Source of the DNA: Bacteroidota bacterium
Lineage (GTDB): Bacteria > Bacteroidota > Bacteroidia > Palsa-965
DNA: 64,000 bases
Assembly (NCBI GenBank): GCA_031412295.1
Contig: JANOCU010000008.1
Span: 100,921 to 164,920 of the forward strand
Direction of reading: 5' to 3'
The number at the start of each line of letters is the position of its first letter. The stretch's first letter is position 1. Both the position numbers and the translations under genes were made by a program. This document shows, piece after piece, positions 38,450 to 43,733 of the stretch. Below the pieces are notes generated by a model. The model searched no databases. It was not told the origin of the DNA and saw nothing but the letters and a program-made list of their open reading frames with translations.

Positions 38450-40000
38450 TTAGAAATGAAAATAAATGAATTCGTTTGAGCTGAAATTTCCGATGGTGAA
38501 GAGAAGAACAAATAGTAACGTATAAAATGCAGGACGTAACCATTTTTCATACGAAGGAAGTTTGTTTATCCAGCCATTTTCTTCGTTCAGCTCTTTCATA
38601 AAAAGAAAAAGTATCCCGCATAAAGCCAAAAGCAACGGGAAGAAATCTTTCAGCGTCCGCAATTCATAATAAGTTGTAATCAAATTATAATCGAAGCTGA
38701 AAATTTTCCGGTAAATAATTCCAAGATCATCAAATGAATTCGCCCTGAACGCGATTAAGGAAATGGTGTGGAATAAAATGAGGTAGAACCAGCCGGCCGC
38801 ACTTCCCAGCGCTGTTCGTTTGTAGTTTGTTGTTTGTTGTTCCTTCGTCCCTCGTCCCCTTTTCGTCCCTCGTCCCTTTTTCAAAAGAATTTCTCCCAAA
38901 TAGAAAACCCCATGCATCGCGCCCCAAATTACAAATGTCCAGCTTGCGCCGTGCCAGAGTCCGCTGATTAAAAAGACGAGAAAAATATTCAGCAGGAATC
39001 TATTGTACGTGCCGCGATTTCCTCCCAGGCTGATGTAGAGATAATCGCGGAACCAGGTGGTCATGCTGATGTGATTGCGCGTCCAGAATTCCTGCAGCGA
39101 TTTTGAAAGCAGCGGCCTGCGCCAATTCAGCTGAAGATCGTAGCCGAAAAATTTTGCAACACCGGTGGCGATATCGGAATAACCTGAAAAATCACAATAC
39201 ACTTGCACGACAAAAAAGAATCCTGCGACAAGAAGTGAGAGTCCGTTGTAATTTTCAGGATGATTAAAAAGCGGGTTAACAAAATCGGCAAGTCGATCGG
39301 CGATGGCAATCTTTTTAAAAAATCCCCAGAGCACGAGGCGTGAACCGAGGAGAATATTTTCTTTGCTTAAATATTTCCGCTCATGAAATTGCACTCCGAG
39401 ATCGGTAAAGCGTGCGATGGGTCCGGCTACAAGCTGCGGAAAAAACGAAACGAACAACGCAAAAATTCCAGGATCTTTTTCAGCTTTTATTGTTCCGCGA
39501 TACACATCGATGACATAACCCATGGAGTGAAACGTGTAAAATGAAAGTCCGACCGGGATAAGAATCGCTTCCAGGTAATGCGGCGACTGATCGGAGAAAT
39601 AAGAACCGGCGAATGAAAATGTATTGTAGAGGAAAGCGAAGTATTTAAATCCGGCTAAACAGGCGAGGTTTGTTATAATACTAATCAATAGCCATGTTTT
39701 GTCCGCACGTTTGTTGTTTGTTGTTTGTTGTTCGTTTGTTGTTTGTTGTTCTGAATTTTGAATCTTGATCCCGATAGGTATCGGGAGAATGTTGAATTTT
39801 GAATTTTGAATTTTTACAGCACAGTACCAATCGATCAAGGTTGTTCCTGCTAATAAAATTCCGAACCAGGGATTCCAGCTCATGTAGAAATAGTAGCTGG
39901 CTGCGAGCAACAAATATCTTCTCCATACAACAGGAACGAGCCAATGGAGGATGAACACCACGGGCAGGAAAATCATGAAGTGGAGCGAGTTGAAGAGCAT
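38450..40000 (-). CDS. MBOAT family O-acyltransferase (AlgI/DltB/PatA-like) carrying two in-frame repeat insertions
   Basis: 516 aa and polytopic, with the invariant-His context LISGLWHGASWTFVIWG. Two low-complexity segments are encoded by intergenic-type word repeats (see the repeat features at 38827 and 39709). Confidence 0.85.
   Translation of the reverse strand: MLFNSLHFMIFLPVVFILHWLVPVVWRRYLLLAASYYFYMSWNPWFGILLAGTTLIDWYCAVKIQNSKFNILPIPIGIKIQNSEQQTTNEQQTTNNKRADKTWLLISIITNLACLAGFKYFAFLYNTFSFAGSYFSDQSPHYLEAILIPVGLSFYTFHSMGYVIDVYRGTIKAEKDPGIFALFVSFFPQLVAGPIARFTDLGVQFHERKYLSKENILLGSRLVLWGFFKKIAIADRLADFVNPLFNHPENYNGLSLLVAGFFFVVQVYCDFSGYSDIATGVAKFFGYDLQLNWRRPLLSKSLQEFWTRNHISMTTWFRDYLYISLGGNRGTYNRFLLNIFLVFLISGLWHGASWTFVIWGAMHGVFYLGEILLKKGRGTKRGRGTKEQQTTNYKRTALGSAAGWFYLILFHTISLIAFRANSFDDLGIIYRKIFSFDYNLITTYYELRTLKDFFPLLLALCGILFLFMKELNEENGWINKLPSYEKWLRPAFYTLLFVLLFTIGNFSSNEFIYFHF
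38827..38890. repeat. In-frame intragenic repeat insertion 2 in the MBOAT gene (gggacga + caacaaa words)
   Basis: The coding strand aaaaagggacgagggacgaaaaggggacgagggacgaaggaacaacaaacaacaaactacaaacg translates to KKGRGTKRGRGTKEQQTTNYKR. The same words occur in spacers 62329-62431 and 3762-3905. Confidence 0.85.
39709..39813. repeat. In-frame intragenic repeat insertion 1 in the MBOAT gene (attcaaa words + tcccgata..tatcggga hairpin + caacaaa words)
   Basis: The coding strand aaaattcaaaattcaaaattcaacattctcccgatacctatcgggatcaagattcaaaattcagaacaacaaacaacaaacgaacaacaaacaacaaacaacaaac translates to KIQNSKFNILPIPIGIKIQNSEQQTTNEQQTTNNK. The core cattctcccgata.ctatcgg matches the intergenic element at 45691-45711. 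Confidence 0.9.
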
Positions 40001-40043
40001 GGTTTAAATGTGCAAATGGGGGAATGTGCAAATGTGCAAATTA

Positions 40044-40242
40044 AATGTGCTAGTGTGCTAATGCGGTAATGTGCTAATGCCGGAGGAGTTTGAAATAGTG
40101 AAACTCTCAAAGAGTTGCGCGTATGCTTTGCGCGCAACTCTTGTAGGGTTGAATGGCGAATAAATTAATCTGAGCAAGGTTGTAATGTCCGATTGTCCTT
40201 AACACACATTAGCACATTACCGCATTAGCACACTAGCACATT
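40044..40242. repeat. Perfect 36-bp inverted repeat separated by 127 bp, with an internal 12-bp-stem hairpin
   Basis: Left arm aatgtgctagtgtgctaatgcggtaatgtgctaatg (40044-40079) pairs with right arm cattagcacattaccgcattagcacactagcacatt (40207-40242). The inner hairpin is aagagttgcgcg (40110-40121) / cgcgcaactctt (40131-40142). It sits in the divergent MBOAT / pssA spacer. Confidence 0.95.
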
Positions 40243-40268
40243 CATTCTTAGCGCTATCTTTGTCGTCG

Positions 40269-41042
40269 ATGAAACTATTTACTATCCCCAATATTATTAC
40301 GTTGCTGAATTTGCTTTGCGGGTGTTTGGCAATTGTATTTGCGTTTGATGGCAATCTTGTTTGGAGTGCTTATTTGGTTGGGATTGCTGCGGTGCTGGAT
40401 TTCTTGGATGGATTTGTTGCGCGGGCACTGAAGCAATATTCGGAAATCGGAAAGCAGTTGGATTCATTGGCGGATATGGTGACGTTTGGTGTGGTGCCAG
40501 GGGTGGTTATGTTTAAACTTATTCAAATTTCGATTTTCCATAACAATCCTGAAACAATGATTTCGGCGCTTAATGGAGATTTGCTTCAGCGCTATCCTCC
40601 TTTGACATATGTAGCTTTCCTTATCCCACTTTTTTCTGCATTGCGGCTTGCGAAGTTTAATATTGATACACGTCAAAGTGATTCTTTCATTGGTGTTCCG
40701 ACGCCTGCAAATGCTATTTTGATTTGTGCTATCCCATTGATACTGAAATTTGGTGGTGACACATTATGGTATGCAAGCACAGACTTACCAATGCTTTTAA
40801 ATACCTGGTCTTTGATTGGACTGACTGTAATTATGTCCATTCTCCTCATTTCCGAAATCCCACTCTTCGCATTAAAATTCAAATCGTTCGGATGGAAGGG
40901 AAATGAAATTCGCTGGAGCTTTTTGGCAGCGGCGGTTTTGCTTTTGGTGACGTTGCAGTTTGTGGGAATTCCATTGGCGATTGTGCTTTATATTTTTATG
41001 TCGGTGGTGAATAATCTGGTGAGCAAAAAGGTTGCCGGCTAG
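40269..41042 (+). CDS. pssA: CDP-diacylglycerol--serine O-phosphatidyltransferase (CDP-alcohol phosphatidyltransferase family)
   Basis: Motif DFLDGFVARAL-x8-GKQLDSLADMV. The ATG at 40269 is preferred over the TTG at 40260. Confidence 0.85.
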   Translation: MKLFTIPNIITLLNLLCGCLAIVFAFDGNLVWSAYLVGIAAVLDFLDGFVARALKQYSEIGKQLDSLADMVTFGVVPGVVMFKLIQISIFHNNPETMISALNGDLLQRYPPLTYVAFLIPLFSALRLAKFNIDTRQSDSFIGVPTPANAILICAIPLILKFGGDTLWYASTDLPMLLNTWSLIGLTVIMSILLISEIPLFALKFKSFGWKGNEIRWSFLAAAVLLLVTLQFVGIPLAIVLYIFMSVVNNLVSKKVAG

Positions 41043-41102
41043 CTCTTTTGTCGTCCTTCGGCTGTCGCTCAGGATGACAAAAGAGCTATAGGGAGATTTT
41101 TT
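41041..41102 (+). terminator. 16-bp-stem hairpin after pssA with a distal T-run (possible terminator / dispersed repeat)
   Basis: agctcttttgtcgtcc-ttcggctgtcgctca-ggatgacaaaagagct contains one G-T pair. The T6 run begins 10 nt after the stem, so terminator function is uncertain. Confidence 0.4.
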
Positions 41103-41326
41103 CTTTGTGTCTTGGTGCCTTGGTGGCAAAACGTGTGCGGGTGGGTTTGTGCGTCTCCCTTTAACAAGGAAATGCAAAGAATAGCCCGGATAGCAGGGAG
41201 CTCCGCCGACCGAATAGCCGGAGAAATGTTAATAAAATGAGGTAATCTCTCCGCTCATAATCCTTAATTTTGCACTCCGATTCATTAGCACATCAGCACA
41301 TTAACACATTAGCAAATTTCTCCACC

Positions 41327-41578
41327 ATGAAATTCAAAGCAGAAATAGACGTAATGCCACTCAAAGCACTTCTTGATCCACAAGGAAAAGCGGTGACCGG
41401 AAGTATGAAAAACCTCGGTTTGGCTGAGATCCAGAACGTGCGTATTGGTAAGCACATTACACTTGAGATTGAAGCGGCGGATAAAGAAGCGGCATCGGTG
41501 AAAGTGGATGAAGCATGCAAAAAATTGCTCGCCAACCAGATCATGGAATTTTATGAGTTTACTGTGGAGGAAGCGTAA
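41327..41578 (+). CDS. purS: Phosphoribosylformylglycinamidine synthase subunit PurS
   Basis: 83 aa from the ATG at 41327: MKFKAEIDVMPLKALLDPQGKAV...NQIMEFYEF. The track N-terminal extension translates tagcaca word repeats. Confidence 0.85.
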   Translation: MKFKAEIDVMPLKALLDPQGKAVTGSMKNLGLAEIQNVRIGKHITLEIEAADKEAASVKVDEACKKLLANQIMEFYEFTVEEA

Positions 41579-41604
41579 TCTCAGGAGTTGAATTTTTCTT
41601 GAGC

Positions 41605-41697
41605 GGTTGTTTGTTGTTAGTTGTTTGTCGTTCCTTATGTTTCGATAATTCCCACTATTTTTTAACTACAAACAACAAACTTTTTTAAACAACAAAC
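41605..41697. repeat. Inverted pair of gttgttt / caaacaa heptamer arrays downstream of purS
   Basis: The left side is ggttgtttgttgttagttgtttgtcgtt. The right side is aactacaaacaacaaac ... aaacaacaaac. Confidence 0.85.
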
Positions 41698-41705
41698 ATT
41701 TTTTT

Positions 41706-42329
41706 GTGAAATTCTACCGCTATCCACTCGCACTTGTTTCTTACGCGCTTCTTGCGATTTTCGTGATGGCGTTTTTGTGGAACTGGCTGGGGAATGCATC
41801 GCTTGAAACGTATTGGTATTATTTTCCTGCAAGCGCGGCGATTTACCTGGCACTTGCTTTTATACTTTCAAGGTTAAATCTGCAGTGGGAATGGGATGTG
41901 GCAATCCAGGTTGCGTTTGTGCTTGCGCCGGTGTTGTGGTATGTGAATATTAAAGAACAATACCAACCTCCCGTTTACATGTTCATGGTAAAATCGGGTT
42001 ATCGCGGAAATCTTGATGTTTATTTTGATCACGGAAAAGATGCGGTCACAAATGCAAACAGCACCGCCGATACGTTGTATTTTAAATTTAACGACAACGG
42101 CGAAATTCTTTTAAATGAAGAAGTAGATTACGTGAAGAAAAGCATGCACGAACATTTGTATCTCATCTTCCCTGACAAACACAAAGAAAAAGTTTCACCC
42201 GCCAACATCAGCGCGTTGCCTTCCGACACAACCAAACCCGTGCTCGTAGATGACGCTGTAGAAGCCGAAAAAGGAAAGATGAACGTAATGCACTACCGGC
42301 TCGACTATCCCCAAAAACTCAAACGATAA
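41706..42329 (+). CDS. Hypothetical membrane protein
   Basis: 207-aa ORF with a GTG start. Three predicted N-terminal TM helices are followed by a soluble domain. No family recognised. Confidence 0.45.
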   Translation: MKFYRYPLALVSYALLAIFVMAFLWNWLGNASLETYWYYFPASAAIYLALAFILSRLNLQWEWDVAIQVAFVLAPVLWYVNIKEQYQPPVYMFMVKSGYRGNLDVYFDHGKDAVTNANSTADTLYFKFNDNGEILLNEEVDYVKKSMHEHLYLIFPDKHKEKVSPANISALPSDTTKPVLVDDAVEAEKGKMNVMHYRLDYPQKLKR

Positions 42330-42362
42330 ACACACAGCACCCCACCGGAGAGTCTGCGGAAC

Positions 42363-42498
42363 GGTAAGCAAAGTCCTACACGGAAATCAGCGTGACGGTA
42401 AGCATAATGCTGCCCGAATATCTGCGTACCGGTATACATAACGCTGCCCGAATATCTGCGTACCGGTAAGCATTGTGCTGCATGTGATTTGGTAATCT
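42363..42498. repeat. 34-bp tandem array, about 4 units
   Basis: Units are ggtaagcaaagtcctacacggaaatcagcgtgac / ggtaagcataatgctgcccgaatatctgcgtacc / ggtatacataacgctgcccgaatatctgcgtacc / ggtaagcattgtgctgcatgtgatttggtaatct. They abut directly with no spacers. Confidence 0.9.
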
Positions 42499-42650
42499 TC
42501 CCGATGAAAGATCGGGATGGTAACTGGGTAATTGAAAAAAATATTGGTAGAATTATAATTTCTTGCTGCTAATTATTGCATGAAAAAGGCGAACGGAAAC
42601 GTTCGCCTTTCATTTTGAATTTTTTTAATCGCAACAATTACCCAGTTACC
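42499..42650. repeat. Empty copy of the ggtaactgggtaattg inverted-repeat element (hairpin tcccgat-gaaag-atcggga plus 16-bp perfect IR around a 100-bp core)
   Basis: The IR arms are ggtaactgggtaattg (42519-42534) and caattacccagttacc (42635-42650). The ends are homologous to the ORF-bearing copy at 51907-52496. The core holds the bidirectional terminator hairpin. Confidence 0.85.
42585..42610. terminator. Bidirectional rho-independent terminator between convergent genes
   Basis: aaaggcgaacg-gaaa-cgttcgccttt is an 11-bp perfect stem. It is flanked by an A-run on the left and tcatttt on the right. Confidence 0.75.
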
Positions 42651-42695
42651 AGATTACGAGATTACCAGATGTGCGCTGGCCCTTCGTGCGTGGGC

Positions 42696-43139
42696 CTAGT
42701 CTTGCGGTGGGTCGGGGGCGGCGGTGTAGCCTACTTTTTTCGGCTTTAGTGTTTTCGGGAAGATGACGTTGATGAGTGCGTCGTCCATGGTGAGTAGTGT
42801 GGCTGAGATTCCGTTGGTGATGGTCATCGGAATTTCATATTTCAATTTTGGTTTGAAAATTTCGTACGAGCCATCTGCCATTCTGCGGTGCATGGAAATA
42901 ATTTTTCCGTCTTTCACTTCCACTTTTCCCGAGTAACATTGCGCATCAGGTCCGGAGCGAACGGAAATAATTATATCATCATAAGTTCCGTCCTTTACTT
43001 CAGTGGCTCCACGCTCTTCAAATTTTTCTTCCCAGCGTGTGTAACAATTCGATGGTGCCGGTGTAGTTGTAGCAGCTGTTTGTGCATAAGCTCCTGCCAC
43101 CAGTATAAGCGCGCATAGACTTAAGTAAAATTTTTTCAT
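42696..43139 (-). CDS. Hypothetical secreted protein
   Basis: 147 aa with signal peptide MKKFYLSLCALILVAGAYAQ. No family recognised. Confidence 0.5.
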   Translation of the reverse strand: MKKFYLSLCALILVAGAYAQTAATTTPAPSNCYTRWEEKFEERGATEVKDGTYDDIIISVRSGPDAQCYSGKVEVKDGKIISMHRRMADGSYEIFKPKLKYEIPMTITNGISATLLTMDDALINVIFPKTLKPKKVGYTAAPDPPQD

Positions 43140-43183
43140 AAGGAGATGGTGGTTTTGACGTGTGGTTAAAGATAATAGAAAAA

Positions 43184-43255
43184 GGGTGATTGGAAATTGG
43201 GAAATTAGGGAATTGGGAAATTAGGTTGGTTGTTGGTGTTGGAGAAGGGTTGGTG
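43184..43255. repeat. Word arrays tgggaaat / ggttggt
   Basis: Sequence gggtgattggaaattgggaaattagggaattgggaaattaggttggttgttggtgttggagaagggttggtg. Confidence 0.85.
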
Positions 43256-43552
43256 TTTATTTGTAATTAGTAAAATGTAAGACGAAAGATTGACGGGCTA
43301 CGATGAATTAATGGAAGAGAGGGACGAAATAGTACAAAAGATTTATCTGCGCTCTATCCCTGCCTGCCGGCGCGCTTGCATGTGCTGCTGCAGGCAAGAG
43401 CGAACTCTGCGGTAATCTGCGTGGGAATTTTATTTTATCCGTGTCTCGCGAACAAGGTCATTTAGTTGACAGAGATTTCTGTGGGCAGGCGTTACCTGTA
43501 TATTTGGCTAAAACCAATTACGTTATCGTGCATTACCGCGCCATAAATTACG

Positions 43553-43668
43553 CGGTAATAAAAAAGCAGTGTGTTCTTCACGGTAATAAAAAGCTGTGTG
43601 TGTTCTTTACGGTAATAAAAAAGCGGCGGGTGTTCTGCGCGGTAATAAAAAGCGGGGGGCGTTCTTAA
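43553..43668. repeat. 29-30-bp tandem array, 4 units, preceded by a 9-bp-stem hairpin
   Basis: Units are ggtaataaaaaagcagtgtgttcttcac / ggtaataaaaagctgtgtgtgttctttac / ggtaataaaaaagcggcgggtgttctgcgc / ggtaataaaaagcggggggcgttctta. The hairpin is attaccgcg...cgcggtaat at 43531-43558. Confidence 0.9.
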
Positions 43669-43733
43669 TTAAAAAAGAGAATAAAAAAAGTCCACCATTG
43701 CTGATGAACTTTTCTCAATGCAATTAATTACAA

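Noticed and set aside
39681-40031. 116-aa minus-strand ORF overlapping the 5' part of the MBOAT gene, and 38730..38927 (65 aa).
   Set aside because: These are out-of-frame readings of the same repeat insertions (…TTNNKRTTNNKQQ…, …GTRDEKGTRDEGTTNNK…). The MBOAT frame is the one with family motifs.
42363-42498. CRISPR interpretation of the 29-34-bp tandem arrays (also 43553-43668 and 52508-52687).
   Set aside because: The units abut directly with no unique spacers and diverge gradually. No cas genes are present in the window.
43441-43668. 75-aa ORF in the 594-bp spacer.
   Set aside because: Its C-terminal half (…VIKKQCVLHGNKKLCVFFTVIKKRRVFCAVIKSGG…) is just the translated 29-bp tandem array.
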